A stretch of 64,000 bases of DNA from Podarcis pityusensis (taxonomy: Eukaryota), in the NCBI GenBank assembly GCA_964106645.2, contig OZ067042.1; one strand, written 5' to 3'. The notes below the pieces were generated by a model. The model searched no databases and was not told the origin of the DNA. It saw nothing but the letters and a program-made list of their open reading frames with translations. Below, piece by piece: positions 24,383 to 38,869 of this stretch; positions within the stretch are counted from its first letter, which is position 1; every line of letters begins with the position of its first letter. Made by a program: the position numbers and the translations under genes.

Positions 24383-25789
24383 TGGTATAGAAACCTTGTA
24401 CTAGCATAGATTTCCTCCTCTTCTTTTTTTTTTAGGAATCTAGGGGAATGTCATAAGGGCCCATTTTGTGAGCCAGAAGATTCCTCATTCTCTAGGGAAA
24501 GGGGGAAAAGGGCAAGCAGTGTCTACCAGGTGGTAGTTGGCACAGTGGGCAGGAACAAAAACGATTTTAAGAGACAATTAGAGAATTTTAATTACAGAGT
24601 TTTGTCTTTCAAACCATGGAAAAATTGCTTGGGGGAGGAGACAGAGATGCTTCAATCTGATTCCCACCCCCCCTCCACAGAGTGCCTCTTGAAATGAGGG
24701 TAAATAAGCAGTGTTATTAAAAAGAATGGATTGGCTTACAATCGGAGTTTCAGCTCCAGTGATTAAAGTTCTTATAATGCATTAAACATGATTAATGAAT
24801 GACTCATAGCAGGAATAATGCAAGACTCCGACTTTTAAAAATATGAACTTTAGTATGGCAAACATTTTTTTTAAAAAAACCCCACACACAACAGGTATCT
24901 GTTGAAGAAAATGGACGTTGCTTTTTAAACAGCATTAATCTGTTCAAATATCAGACTTCTTTAATTATAGCTTAATCTAAGAGTTCAAGATAGAAAACTC
25001 TTTTTGTTCAGGCACAGATTTTTTTTGTTATTCCAGAATCAGCTCCAAGCCATCCAGTTTTAATTTAGATGTTCAAACACAGTTTGGCTTCAAGAGACCC
25101 GGGATTAGCTTGCTTGTGATGATAGTATTTCACATTTTAATAAAATACAACATAAATTATGTTAAAAAGTAAACCTCATTTATGCCATATTAGAAACAAA
25201 ATTCATGAACTGAGCATGCTCTGACATGGGTATGTGCAGAGAGGCGTGAATAATACTTTTGAGCCCTGAATTTGGCAGCTGGCCAGTAATGAAGCTAAAG
25301 CAATGCCCAAGGGGAATGCAGGTCCTCAGATCCCATTACAAACTGAGTTTAAACATGTTACAGCTGCTAAAACTGAAAACAGCTCTCTCTATGCAGGCTT
25401 GGCAAAATAATACGGACTTTGCCAAATACTTGCTTCCCACTGTAACATTACGGTTAATGTTTATGTAATAAAAAAAGCATAACAAGGCAGAATAAAAAAA
25501 GGGGGGGGGAGAGAGAAAGAAATACAATCTTGTTCATACTTGAGGCTGCTAAATTTCATTTGTAACAAGCACAAAATATTCAAGGCACCCTTGAACATCT
25601 TTTCCCGTGCCTGGGACTTGAAGCAAGAGGAGGCGAGGTTGGGTTTCATCCAGAGCAATATTTATATCTTTTTCTGCCATGTGTTAAATATTTAAAGAAT
25701 CAGATTTAACCAAAATACTTTTTTTTTTTTTTTTTTTTTTGGTGGCAATAGTTGTTAACACTGCAGAAAGGATTGTTTGACTTTGTTTG

Positions 25790-25803
25790 GTTGCCATGGG
25801 AAC
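25790..25803. promoter_or_regulatory. RFX X-box motif
   Basis: GTTGCCATGGGAAC fits the palindromic X-box GTTNCCATGGNAAC; motif match only. Confidence 0.5.
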
Positions 25804-28738
25804 AGGCAGCCCATTTGAAATCTACATATTTCGTCGGTAAATGTTTCAAAAGCTGCTCATAGCTTTAAAATTAGAGGATGATACTCTGCCACCACTAGGC
25901 CTTTTAAATAAAATATTCTGTGTGATTATCCTGGCGGTTAAAGCAGAAACAGGACAAAGGCCAGCCCTGATAAGATTAATCACTGTTAGCACTCTTTCTG
26001 AGAAACCCTTTTGTGTCAGTTTTAAATTTGACCACCAAAAAGACAACAGCATCCTGCCTCTTTGTTGCCATATAAATCCCTGGAACTCATTAGGTCAGAG
26101 GATAATTAGGAGTCATGGCTGATGAGAGTTCAACGTTACAGGAGGACGGGCCTGCTGTTTCCATTTTTGTGATTTTGTTTTTTTCACTGAGCTCAGCAGT
26201 TGGCAGAGGCTACAGTGGCAAAAATACATTTCACATAGCTGGTCAAATGCCTAGCGCCAACAGCAGGAAATTTGGAATTAAATGTTTCTTGTATCTGGAG
26301 AGAGGCATGACTAAGGTAAAAATTAAATCAAAACACAAGGACGGCTTGTTCTACTTGCATCAGCTCCCCAACCCTGAACAGAAAATTCTAATGCAATGCT
26401 ATTTCTCTACAGTAACGAGGTGGGGTTGTTGGTTTTGGGTTTTTTTAAGCAAAGTAAAAAAAAAAAAAAAAGCAGAGAGCTTAGGAGGATTAAAATGAAG
26501 CCTAACGCTATGAACAATTGCAAGTTGACAGAGAGGTTTCCATTTGCTAGAATTTTCACTCTGTGGTCCCCCCACACTTCCCTGCCTTCAGTTGCCCTGT
26601 CACGGTACAACACAATTACCCGCAGGATGTGATCTTATCATTTGATTATTAGAAGCTGTTATAGTACAAGGGAAATAAAGCTGGTGGAACATTCAAACCT
26701 TCAGCTAACATACTATTAGAACATCACACACACACACTGTATTTAGTCAACTGTATTTCGTCAACTGCAGGTCAATATTCTCCAAATCAGGCAGAATATG
26801 ATTCTCTGCTTTAAAACTTCCCCCACAGAATGCAACACGCTTGAAATGAGCAGCTCAATTTTGTGCTAAATAGCTGTCGCTTAGGCGATTTAAATCAACC
26901 TCGGTGCAAGATAAAAGAAGGTGTTTCGCAAATATTAACAGAAAAAACGAACCACAATCCGTATAAACCCTCATGTACAAAAAAAAATTAAAAAAAATAG
27001 ACTTTGAAAGAGTTTTCAGTGTCAGATGTTGGGAGAAGAGTTCCTGTATTCGTAAGAAGCAATCTTGCCGGAAAGCCTAAGAATGGGGATGTGGGTTTAA
27101 CCATCGCTGTTGTTGTTACGCATAAGAATATCATCAATATGCATTCTGCTTTGCGGAATTTCATAAGCAAAAAGAAAAGAAAGGCAGATTTCTGCCCTCA
27201 AGGAGATTGCAGTCTAAATTTTGAGAAGAGGAAGACTACAGAGGAAACGCAGAGGAGGGGAGTACACAGTAAGAGGAGGGCATTTACTTCCACGTAACCC
27301 AGGGTTTGGGTTTGCAGGGCGGGGGTGGAACATGCCTTTATTATGAACGCAATGCCTACATTCAGATTAATAAAATGCATTATTTATAGGATAATTAACA
27401 TAACGAGAATGTGTAAGCAGTAGCGTATTAAAGAACAACCCTTCTGCAGGCAGCAGATTTCTGAACAGCACGGGGCTATTTTTTCCACTGGAATAATACA
27501 AGAATAACATTTTCCAGCCCAGAGCAGAAACAGTAGGGAAGTCTTTGCCATCAACTGAGCTTCTGATTAAATTCAATGACTATGAAAAGCAAGATTATCC
27601 TTTTTGAAAAAATAAATAAAGGCAACTTAAAAATCAATACGAGCTGGATGAACAAATCAGTGTTTTATTAATCCCGACACAATCAGAGATACATTACATT
27701 TAATTGTGGGTACTCCCCCCCCTTTTAGCGGGGGTGGGGGGGAGGAGAAAGATTTTGCTTGGCTAAATGTTGAATTAAATACTAGTGCCTAGTATTCTGA
27801 GTTTTCAGCTTTCAGCATCCTCTGATGTAATGAAAAATTCAATGTACTTCTCCACAGCAGAAGTCAGAGGTCATCAAATCTATTACAGTAATGTAAGTAA
27901 TCTGGCTTTCTGCCAGCCTTTAAAAAAAAGGGGGGGGGGAGAACCATGGAGGCAGATAATTTTATATTTACAAATTCTAAAATCCTCTGGGGATTTTGTC
28001 TCATCTCCAACAAAAGGCAGAAACTTCACATTAGAAAAATGTATTTTACAGCATGTCAAACATGTCTTCATCATTAGTATTTCATAAAAGGCATTAACCA
28101 CACAACTCTTATCCTTCATTAGCCAACATTCTTCTCCTGTGCCATGGGGAAAATGCAACTCAAAATCTTATGCGTGTGTGTGTGTGTGTTTTAAAAAATA
28201 TTAAAGTGATAAGTACTAATGCTTCATATACTGATTAATTCTTGTGCCAAGCAACTACTCTTTTAAGTCCAACTCTATTGCGCAGGAAATAGTGGACTGC
28301 ATCTATTTATAGTAATAAAAATAAAAGGGGTTAGAAGAATAACTCTTGAGGGGGGGAGCATGAAAGGAAAGGAAATCTGTAGTCAAGGCTGCCAGCTCCA
28401 TATTTAACTTCATTGTGACCTCATTCTTATGCTATGGGAGTGGCGTTCTTCTCGCTTGACTCTGGCCTCACCCCTTGCTTCTCTGAGTAAGGTAAAAATA
28501 TAGGAAACACACAGGAAGAACAAGCTCTTGTTGGGAGAACTGGTGTCAATCACAGCAGCCAATACTGAGCAAAACAGACAAGTGATCAACTCTGATGTGG
28601 CGAAAGGCAACTTCCTATGCCAAGGCAATAGCACCCATTTCAACCTCTGACACTGTAATCCCCCCCCCCAACCCCGCAACCATCCCTGCCTCTCCTGCAT
28701 TCTTCCATTACTGGAACTGGATGGGATCATAAGTTCTT

Positions 28739-28854
28739 ATCATAGAATCATAGAGCTGGAAGGGGCTACAAGGATCATCTAGTCCAACCCCCTGCAGTGT
28801 AGTAATCTTTCGCCCAACATGGGGCTCTGTGATTAAGAGTCTCACGCTCTACCC
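28739..28854 (-). mobile_element. tRNA-Lys-derived SINE with CR1-like tail (P.s.1/Squam2-like), degenerate
   Basis: (catagaat)n tail, ctagtccaaccccctgca, and tRNA-like gagtctcacgctctacc on the reverse strand. Confidence 0.8.
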
Positions 28855-30972
28855 GTTTGCGCTATTCTGAGATATTGCAGGAAAGACTTAGGGCTCATCC
28901 TAAAATCAGGGAGCTATCATGGCCCTGGTTCAGCAAAGGCATGAGGCCAAAAGCCTGCAGCCAGCTTTTGTGTGAACTCCGCCATCCCTGTTGGTTTGAG
29001 GAGGGCCTTTTACCTTTGCCCATTGCTCCCGCCTGTGTATCAAATGATTGGCATTGTTTTTCCTATAGCTCCAGCTGTGTCTCTTAGAGTAGCTCCATTT
29101 ACTTTAGCAAAGTTCACTCTCAGGTAGCTTGGGCTCAAGGATCTTGGGTAAAACTACTCATTTTGCGAGTCAGTTTTCCCCGATTCCTTCTTTTGCTGCC
29201 TATGATTGCTGCTGAAAACCTCTTCTCTGTGCACGTGATCCAAACAGTGGGTATACCTCTCCAAGGTTAATGTGCAAATGGCCCATGCGCCCATGCTTAG
29301 ACCAATGGACACATTAGAGACGAAAAATTAGCCTCAAGGACCCAGTTTGTTTTCCATTGACAATGAATGGCTTTCTTAAGTGATTCAGATCTAAGGGAAT
29401 ACATAATCATCTTTCACGGGAATGATTCAATTGTCACAACACCCTTTTCTTACAGTGACAATAGTTTGAATTGATAAAAAAGGGGGTGCTAGGAAAATGG
29501 CAGAAATTATAGCGTACCAATCCTTGCTGCAGAATAGCCAAGATGTACCACACTCTTATCATTAAAGGAATATTGATAGCAATGTAAGAAATGTAGCCCC
29601 CCCCCAAATCTCTCAAACCAATATTCGAATTCCAGGTGAATCCTGTCTTTGCTAGGTTTCCTTGGTCAAGATTTCCTCAGTCAGGTCTCTAGAGGAAATT
29701 CCACACAAATGAGCTTAAAGCCCACACAAATGAGCTTATCTCCCACAAGCTGTGGGGCAGGATCCATTCTAGTCACAACTAATCCAATTGGGCTTGCATG
29801 ACAGCTACAGGGGTTACATCCACTTTTGTGTCGTAACAGCGAAGTAACTAAACTCCCACAACAACAGAAATACCTCTTTACTTAGAAACTCCCTGCTATG
29901 CTTTCTGTTTGTCAGTTATGGTCTGGACTGGTGTGTGGAAACAATCTAAATCTCAGTCTCAAGTTACTTGCTTGCAGAACCAGGTCAGCAACAATCTACT
30001 TCATAGGGTTACTGAATTAGAAAAAAAAATCTTCAGTCTCTAAAAAATACAACACAACAAAGAAACAAAGGTTTCCAACAGTCTATATGGAACTCGCCAG
30101 ATATTCCAGAGGTTTTTTTTTTGGGGGGGGGGGAGAAGAGTTAAAAAGACAATGGTACTAATATGGGTACACTGATTCATCATTAGCTTCCTCTGAAGCA
30201 CTTTGAAGAGGCCATTTTCACAAACAAGCTGTGCAGAGCGAAATAGTGGGGGCGGGCAATTCCTTTTCAGAGGTGAAGTTGCATGATTCTATAAAACAGC
30301 AGTACAAGCAGGAAAACGAAACCTGCCTGGTAACCACTGCCCTTTCATGAGTCTTTCTACGATAAAAACAAGTTAGTGAAGATCACCTACAGTGATGGGG
30401 ACTCTAAGATGATCAAGAAGAATGGTGATGATTAAGAACAGATCAATAATACTGGCACCTCCATATGTGTGAATGTTCTGTCTAGGACAGTTTTTCGTAA
30501 AGGAGGTTTGCAGCGATAGATGTTGGCCTTTCTTTAGAGCTTCATATTAGTTCCAGCCACTGACCTGGAAGCATACCACTATTTTAAAGACATTCTATCT
30601 TCACAGTACTGCATGAGCTCAAGGGAAGTGCCATTCCATACTGAATCAGGAAAGTAGTAGAATGCATTCGTAAACCTATTTATAGCTTGCAGCTTGAATC
30701 AGGGTAGCACACATTGCAACTGCAAGCCATAACATCAGGAGCAGGTTGATGGGGGTACACACTAATGTAGATACTGAATTACTCATGTTCAGTAGGACAT
30801 GCTAACAGATGGCACATGATATCTCTCCTAATATGCTTCTAACACGGGGGGGGGGCAATCAAAGCTAAGCATTTTTCACTCCCCTTGATTTTGATGGGAA
30901 TATTTATTGATGCGCTTAACTTTCACACAGAAATCTGTATGCTTTCACACAGAACTTTCACACAGAAAGTAT

Positions 30973-31425
30973 GCCTCCATCTGCACTATATGTATAAAGC
31001 AGTATCATGCCACTTCCCCCAAAGACTCCTGGGTACTGTGGTTTGTTAATAGTGCTGAGGGTTGTGAGGCCACCTATGCACCTCACAATGCTACAATTCC
31101 CATAGTTCCCTGGGAAAGGGGACTGAGTGTCAAAAAACACTGGGAACTGTAGCTCTGTGGGGAGAACAGGGGTCTCCTAAACACCCTTACCAGACTACAG
31201 TTCCCAGAATTCTTTGGGGGAAGTCATGACTATTTAAAGTGGGATAGCTGTGGTCTAAATGGCTTGGTCATACTGGCCATGACCCAGAAGCTGTACACCG
31301 GTTCCCTCGGCCAGTAAAGCAAGATGAGCGCTGCAACCCTAGAGTCGTTCAAGACTGGACCTAATGGTCAGGGGTCCCTTTACCTTTACCTAACACTGCT
31401 TTACATGTATAGTGCAGATGAAGCC
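30973..31425. mobile_element. Palindromic (fold-back) MITE with nested SINE
   Basis: TIRs catctgcactata..aaagcagt / actgcttt..tatagtgcagatg and inverted internal arms. Confidence 0.8.
31247..31391 (+). mobile_element. Sauria (Squam1) SINE, internally deleted
   Basis: 5' gctgtggtctaaa joined directly to the 3' half; (ACCTTT)n tail; reverse-complement homology to the 36445 and 62127 copies. Confidence 0.88.
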
Positions 31426-34400
31426 TATGAGGCATCCATACATGTGTAATTTTATGCATGAAGATCAATCATTATTTTTTAAGTTTGGCTCTTCTGCTAT
31501 TAGCCTTACTTTTGTCAGACTGCAGATAAGAGGCCCAGTGTGTGTACACACACCATGCCTGATCCTGCCGTCCTACCACACATAAAGGGTGTTTATCGAA
31601 GGTATGCGTGACTAGGACTTTCGTACGTAACACATTTGCATTGTGGCTGCTTAAGTTAGCAAACTGAAGCAAGCCCCACCCACCCACCCAGCTGCGACCT
31701 TTCCTGCTGTGGCTGCAGCAGAGAAGAGGCTGAATCCCATATACTGAAGACTGTATTTGCAAAAATTTCCTGCTCAGAACTTCAATATTGCTCCCAAAGC
31801 ACAATCTAACTTAACATTCTGAAGGTTTGTTTTAAATTCCCCGATTGTGCGCGTATATAAATAAGTTTCTTCATTCACAAGGAGAACTTGTACTGATCTG
31901 TAGCTCAAATCAAACACGTACATTACTGGCAAAACCAACCACAGCTTTGCTTTGTTCGCAAACAATGCTACCTCATTCCTTGCAGAAAGCTCTCTTTATT
32001 CCTTTAATCGGGGACTTGTACTGAAACCCAGTAGGGAAGGTTGCCAAGTACCTCACATACGACCAAAAAATGGGAAGGCGGCATATATGGAAAAGAAAGT
32101 CACTAAGACCTCACCTAACACTGTCCTTGGGCTTCCATAGATCCTGCCTGCATCCAGTTCTGATCCGAAGGCTATTTTCAGTTTTCCCACAATATTCAGA
32201 CAAAGAAGCCCAGATAACGAGGAAAGCTTATTCTTGAGACTTAAGCTATGTAAACATTAGAGGCTTAAAAAGCAGTGAGGTTGTTTCACCCCTGTAGTGT
32301 TTCAGCACATTTTTATTTTGCTGTACAAACCAGTGAGCGGGTGGGGATGTCTTCATCTGAAGTACATTACCTGATGTGTCTCGTCATGCCCACAACCCCA
32401 CACCAGAGGTGCCACCTTCTGCAGAGAATTGAGGAGGGCCCTCTGAACATTTTGAAGGGGCCTGGCCCCTTCAAAAAATAGATCAGGGAGCCGCAGTGCC
32501 TCGGCCCCCAGGAGCAGGCACCCTTGTATTCCACGAAGCTGTCATCTGCACATGTGCAATGACTTTCTCAAAGTACACACCTCTGTTCAACTCTGCTTTA
32601 CGTTTTCAAATTGGAAGCTGGTTTGAGGGGGAAAGTATTTCTTCAATAAGCTACAGGATACCTATGCATCGTGGCTTAAGTGGCTTCAAACACAAGTGGC
32701 GGGAGAATATTGGAGCACAAACCACCAGAAGGCTCCTCCATTTTAAAACAACACACTTTGTGCATCTCTTGATAATGGCTTTCAGGTAGTTTTCAAAACT
32801 ACAAAACAAGTTGTGAACAAGTATTGCAAACACACATAAGACATTTTGACTAGAGAATTAAGAATCTGCTTTAAGGAGCAAACAATGGCATTCTTCTGTC
32901 ACTAGATACTTTAATTTTAATATTTTTAGTTTAGAGGGGAAGGGGGGGGAGAGAAACATGCTTTCAGACTTTTCAATAGTTCTTTTGTTAAAGCATCCAT
33001 TACTCACATAATTGAAAAGATGTTTGTTCAGTGGCATGCTTGAGAGTACAGTTATTTAATCTTAATGATAAAGCCCCGAGGACAGAAATATAAGTAGAAA
33101 CCCTCTTGTTATTTATCAAAGAAGGAAAAAATGCCAAGGCAAATAATTGATTCTCAAACTCTCGCTTGGTGGAAAACTCACAATGAAATTCACAAATTGC
33201 AAAGGTTTTCTTAGAGACAGTTAGAGGCCCTGCTGCCAAAAGTCAGTTCAAGTACTACTACAGGCCTGAGGTGATCAATAATTATTATTTTAGTTAATAA
33301 GATTTTAAGTTACATTTGGGTCTGTACAAACGGACCACTATGGGAACGGTGGAGGTTTCCTTCATTTGCAGACTGGTAACTGTCTTCTGACGCAAAATAA
33401 GCTGCTGTTTGTATAGGTTTATTAATATGGCGGCATTCGAATGAGGATCAACTGTCCACTTACTCCTCACACACCCACACAAAAAATCCCTGAAGCAGTT
33501 TTGAAGCTGTTTTTAAATATTTATGTTTGTTTAAAGGGGGACAAATGAATATATAAACGGATATACATATGACTCTTTGAAAAATAAAAAAGGCACGCAT
33601 GTGGAGAGGAGCAAGACTGGCTGATCTAGCGCCTGATTTGCTGGTATGCAAATATATCATGCAGACTGTGAAACAGGAGAAGCCCATATTATAAGGGAAG
33701 AAAACTGTTGCATCTTCTCCTGTTATATTATGCCTTTCTTCACTCTTATTTAATATATGACCGTCATGTACCACAGATGGCAGTTCTGTTGTACAAAAAT
33801 GGCTTTATGTCTCTGAACTTTACTTCTATTTTGTTATTCCCAATGGCCAATACAAATAAATTTAGGCAGCAGTCTTATTATCATTTGCTTGGGAGAAAGT
33901 CCAATTAAACTCAGCGAGGCTTACTTCTGAGCAAATTTACTTCCTAGAAGAAACACAGGAGAGTGGGGGAGAGAATTGCTCTAGCAAAAGAAAATATTTT
34001 ATTTGGTGCTTTCTTGCTTTCTTTTTGGTTAAACAAAGAACTAGCTGAAGTTTCCAGTATGGAACAAGACCTGGTTAATTTTTGCCTCGGGATGTTTTCA
34101 ACAACCTGAACCCCAAACCTCCTATTAATTACAACCTTTAGTGAAGGGAACTAAAATATTTTTTTAGATAGATGGTATAATAGGTTTTTCTATTGCCCCT
34201 CTGGACAGGATGTTAGTGCTTACAGATGCTCCTGAAATGTACACACTTCTACAAAGTTCTCTCTAAATACTTTAAGCAAAGAAAAGAAAAACAAATAACA
34301 TTTTGGTTGGACTATTGGACTCTCTTGTGTATGAAATTTCCTCACAGCATATGTATATGTCTTTACAGCTGTTTCAGGAACCTGCTTCCAATGCCTTATT

Positions 34401-35734
34401 TTGACCTAACTGGGTTTTGTGAGTAAAAATAGATTTCGTTTTTCATATTATCAGGATGGGGATATTGGAATATGAGATGTGTTTTTCCCCCTCATGAAAT
34501 AATCTTACGGGCACTTCAGCTGGACATTTTTTTTTTGTAAAAGCAAGCATTTGAACTGTTCAGATACATTACAAATGAGTGATTTAAGACCAAGACAGGA
34601 TCCATAGTTTTTAAGGAGCATGAAGACCCAGCAGCCGTAAGGCTGCAGAAAGGCCTCTGACTTGTTCTCTAAAGTATCAGGTTACATTTTAAAATATAAT
34701 AAACCTCTTGCTGTTATGGCTGTGGAATGAGGCCTTTTAAACCAAGGAATCAGTGTAACCAATAAAAAGGACCATCTGTCTGAGAATGCAGGGAGTCTGT
34801 AACAATAGCTTTAAGGTGTCAAGCGCCCCATTCATTTCAATAGACTCTAATCCAGATGCCTATGATATTTTAAATGTCAACATTGTTAACTGACATCGCT
34901 GCTTATTAGAGCATGTAAGAAAGGAAAATAACCATCCCAATGTGAATGACTCTTCCAACTTGTCCCAAAGTGGAAGAAATTTCACAAAGCACTAGAGGAG
35001 ATGAGAGGAAGAGAATTTTGATAGCATGGAAAGAGATAGTATTCAAAGGTACCAGTTTCTCTCTCTTTCTTTCTTTCTCTCTCTCTCTCCCCCCTCCCCT
35101 TATGGGATGGATGGATGGGCTGCATGAGATGAAAAATACTTTATTGTCCTGTAAAAAAAAAGACTTAGCAGAGCTTGTGTTTCCCAAGTTTGGGGGATTG
35201 AAGTATAGTGAAGAAACAGGAAAGAAAGGTTGTCTAAATTTAGACAAATAAGATAATGTATTAACCATCAACCAAGGACACCCACCCACACCCAGAAGCC
35301 ATCTTAAAACTTTACTGTGGAAAAACTGAATGCAGACATCCAAGAAATTCTCTTATGAAATTATAGGAGAAGCCAAGGCTAGCCAGGCTCCTTTATGAGT
35401 TCGGGTTAGAAAAGACATCAGACCGACAGAACCAAGACTTCATGGTCTTTGCTGACATGGACTTTTTTTTTTAAAGAGAGCTGAAACTGTATTTTTTTAA
35501 AAACAGTGTTGTCTAGAAATAAACAAACAATAAAGTTTCAAAAAACACTCCTCAGAATTTGGGTCTGCAAATTATTATTGCTATTAGAATTTGTATACAG
35601 CTCTATACTCGCATGTTCTCTGAATATTGTAATGCTTATAAAATATCTGATATTTGTATTTTATGTCCTATGGTATTTGATTTCTGTATAATACATTTGA
35701 GTCTGAGATTTTATTTTAATCTTTCAAATTTGAC

Positions 35735-35905
35735 AGATGGTGTTGGACAGCTTTTGCTAGTTGGGATGCAATGGTATTTAGTATTTGATAACTGGCATGC
35801 AATGGTATTTAATATTGGTGTTTCACAGTTGTTATGCAATGGTGTTTGACACTATTTGATAGTTGGCATGCAATGGTATTTAGCATCTGACAGTATTTGA
35901 CAGCT
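35735..35905. repeat. Degenerate minisatellite
   Basis: Four copies of an atgcaatggt(a/g)ttt core with tatttga spacers. Confidence 0.75.
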
Positions 35906-36444
35906 TCTGCTGATCAGTTTTCATTTCTGAGGCCTGCCAACTCAAATCAAGAGATGCCAAAGTCGAAACCACTTGTGTTTTGAGGGGAAACCATTCAAAA
36001 TACAAACTGAAATTACAAGGGCAAACGAATGCTTTCAGAATTAGAATGGAAGAATTGGCAAATGTGAATATTTACAAATATTTGCTTCAGTTCTACATTT
36101 TTATTTACATCTCAATTACATCATCCATACACACACCTAAACATTTTTCACTGAAAGCAAGCTTTTCGCAAGGTATTCCAGATGGTGGAAGTAAAGACTC
36201 CTAATGCCATCCATTGACATCCAACCCCTACAATTTACATGCATCGTATACCTAAGCTCTTTTTCTTCCTTCCTACTCACATGGTCACCACAGAGTCTTA
36301 CATATTATTTCTTAGAGGCCAGTCCCTCTTGAGTTCACAATGGGGCTTATTCTTAAATTATACAACTGCCACCACAATTTACTGAATCAGCGACATACAA
36401 TTTTGAATTGATTCAGCCAGTTTAGTTATTTAGCTATTGTTTAG

Positions 36445-36801
36445 GTAAAGGTAAAGGGACCCCTGACCATTAAGTCCAGTCACAGATGACTCTGGGGTTG
36501 CGGCGCTCATCTCGCTTTACTGGCTGAGGGAGCTGGCGTTTGTCCGCAGACAGGTCATGTGGCCAGCATGACTAAGCCGCTTCTGGCGAACCAGAGCAGT
36601 GCACGGAAACACCATTTACCTTCCCGCCGGAGCAGTACCTATTTATCTACTTGCACTTTGACGTGCTTTCGAACTGCTAGGTTGGCAGGAGCTGGGACTG
36701 AGCAACGGGAGCTCACCCAGTCATGGGGATTTGAACCGCCAACCTTCTGATTGGCAGGCCCTAGGCTCTGTGGTTTAGACCACAGCGCCACCTATGACCC
36801 T
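36445..36801 (-). mobile_element. Sauria (Squam1) SINE, full length
   Basis: tRNA-like head (GGTGGCGCTGTGGTCTAAACC...GGTTCAAATCC) and (ACCTTT)n tail on - strand; 14-bp TSD tagctattgtttag/tagttattgtttag. Confidence 0.95.
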
Positions 36802-37379
36802 TAGTTATTGTTTAGTTATTGACAGTTTTGGTTATAGAATTAAAATAAAATTGAAAGCCCAAGTAAAACAACAGATTAGACATTCATTCTTGACCAAAAC
36901 TATTCAATCTTTAGCATGACACTCTAAATGTTGCTAAAGTATTGGACAGAGGGAGGCGCAACCACAAGTGGCAAAGCATCAACTTGAGAGCTCAGTTAAA
37001 TATAGGAAGACCACCTGATGCTCAATTCAATATACCGTAATTCAAAATCGGTCGTCAGTTGTATTACCTAGGAGGTAGAAGAGTCACAGAGTTTAGCCCT
37101 CAAGTTAAAGTTGTAACATCTGTGACAGTGTTAGACCTGTTTGTTGCAGCTTTTGTTGCCTTACTTATCTGCAATATGTAAAAATTCTCATTTTGACATG
37201 TAAATAAGTGCCCTATTGCTCTACCTGGATTTTAAATGTATTTGTTTGGGACAAGGAAAACACACATACACACAAACATTCTGATTCCACAACTGACATG
37301 ATAGGGTTGAATACATTACATTTAAATATTTGGATTAATGAGGTAGTGAACACAACTTGGGCCAATCACTGTCTGACAA

Positions 37380-37485
37380 CCTAACCTACCTCCATTGGGT
37401 CATTGTGAGGATGACAAGAGAAGAAGAGAACCACGTATGCCACTTTGAGCTCCTTGAAGGAAATGGTGAGATATAAATGTAATTC
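37380..37485 (+). mobile_element. 3' part of CORE/Squam3-like SINE
   Basis: cctaacctacctc..ttgtgaggat..gagaacca.gtatgccac.ttgagctcctt..gatataaatgtaat. Confidence 0.6.
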
Positions 37486-38525
37486 AAAAAATATGTGGAA
37501 CCATGGAAGCATGTGAAGGGCCCTCTGGTTCTGTTGCATGCATGGATTGTTGTGATTTCACACTTCAGCAAGTTCAAATGTGCAACCTATCACTTGCGTG
37601 TGATTTACTCCCTGCTCAAATGCTGGCTATTGTACGATGATGCCATGGGTTTTGTACAATAGATGTCACAACATTATGGAGTATATGCATGGCAGGTTTC
37701 AGTTCTGCTGTGAAGTATCCTAACAATTTTGACACTGCTGTCTCTGAATATAAAAAATGGTCAGTAACAGACAGAAAGCAGACATTTGGAATTCAAGTAG
37801 TCCAAGATACCAGTATTACTAAGACGTCTTAAAACACAACATTTTTATGACTAAAGTTTGACACTGAGACACAAAGTCTGCAATGTCCTGTACAGAATGA
37901 TGTTGTAGAAGAGATATCTGTCCCTTTAAGGGTGGGTGGGGAACTGACAGGAAATAAAGATCAGAGCAGGGAGCTTCAAGTGAGAATATAGCTGTCATAA
38001 TGCCCAAATTGCAAGTTACATTAAACGTGTAGTATGGTGTTACATGCTTCTTTTTTCAGTGTTAAACAGCAACTCTGTGTATGATCAAGAATGAGATTGC
38101 AGAGCATGAAGAGAGCGGTTTAACCTGATGAAATTCCTCTCCCCATAGCTTCTATTTGGCCCAGGAAAGAAGCTATCATTTGCACCAACAGCAGCTTTTA
38201 GGGGTTAGGGAGAAGGGTTTTCATTGGGACCACAGTGCAGGGAGAAAGGGTTAAAACCACCCCATGTGCTGCAGCCCTGATCTCTTCTGGCAGTTGCTCT
38301 TCAAAGTTGAAAGAAGTGTGCATGGCTAAACTACATCTTTGTTCTCAATAGGAGATAACTGTGAGTTTCTCCAACCAGAGGGGCAGCAGGCTATTGGGTG
38401 TCTGCTGCCAGAAAAATGGCTCAAATGGGTTTTGAGTTTCACCTTTCATACATTTTAACTATCCTAGGATAGAAAAAGAAAGAGCATCTAATACTGTATG
38501 TGGATGTGCCTATGTTGTAGAGAGG

Positions 38526-38527
<2 letters not shown>

Positions 38528-38565
<38 letters not shown>
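38528..38565. repeat. (GT)n microsatellite
   Basis: Read directly. Confidence 0.98.
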
Positions 38566-38567
<2 letters not shown>

Positions 38568-38828
38568 CTTTGTGCGTGTGTTTACTAGCTTTCCTTAAAC
38601 CATTCTTGAGCTTTGGCATCTCTAGTAGTAATCTCAATATTCTCTGTCAGGTGGAGTTACAACTTTTCAGATTTACTTCTCCGGAAGGGAATACACAATC
38701 AGTCAAGGGTGTGAGGAGTGGACCTTCCTGGACAGACAATTTATAGAAGAACACATAACCTTAATGTGTAGTCTGTTTCCTTTTTAATTACATTTTGTTT
38801 AGGAAATGTGAGGTCACAAACACATCAT

Positions 38829-38830
<2 letters not shown>

Positions 38831-38866
<36 letters not shown>
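38831..38866. repeat. (AG)n microsatellite
   Basis: 18 AG units read directly. Confidence 0.98.

Positions 38867-38869
<3 letters not shown>

Noticed and set aside
35735-35905. CRISPR-like repeat-spacer pattern
   Set aside because: Vertebrate intron, degenerate repeats with irregular self-similar spacers, no cas genes; it is a minisatellite
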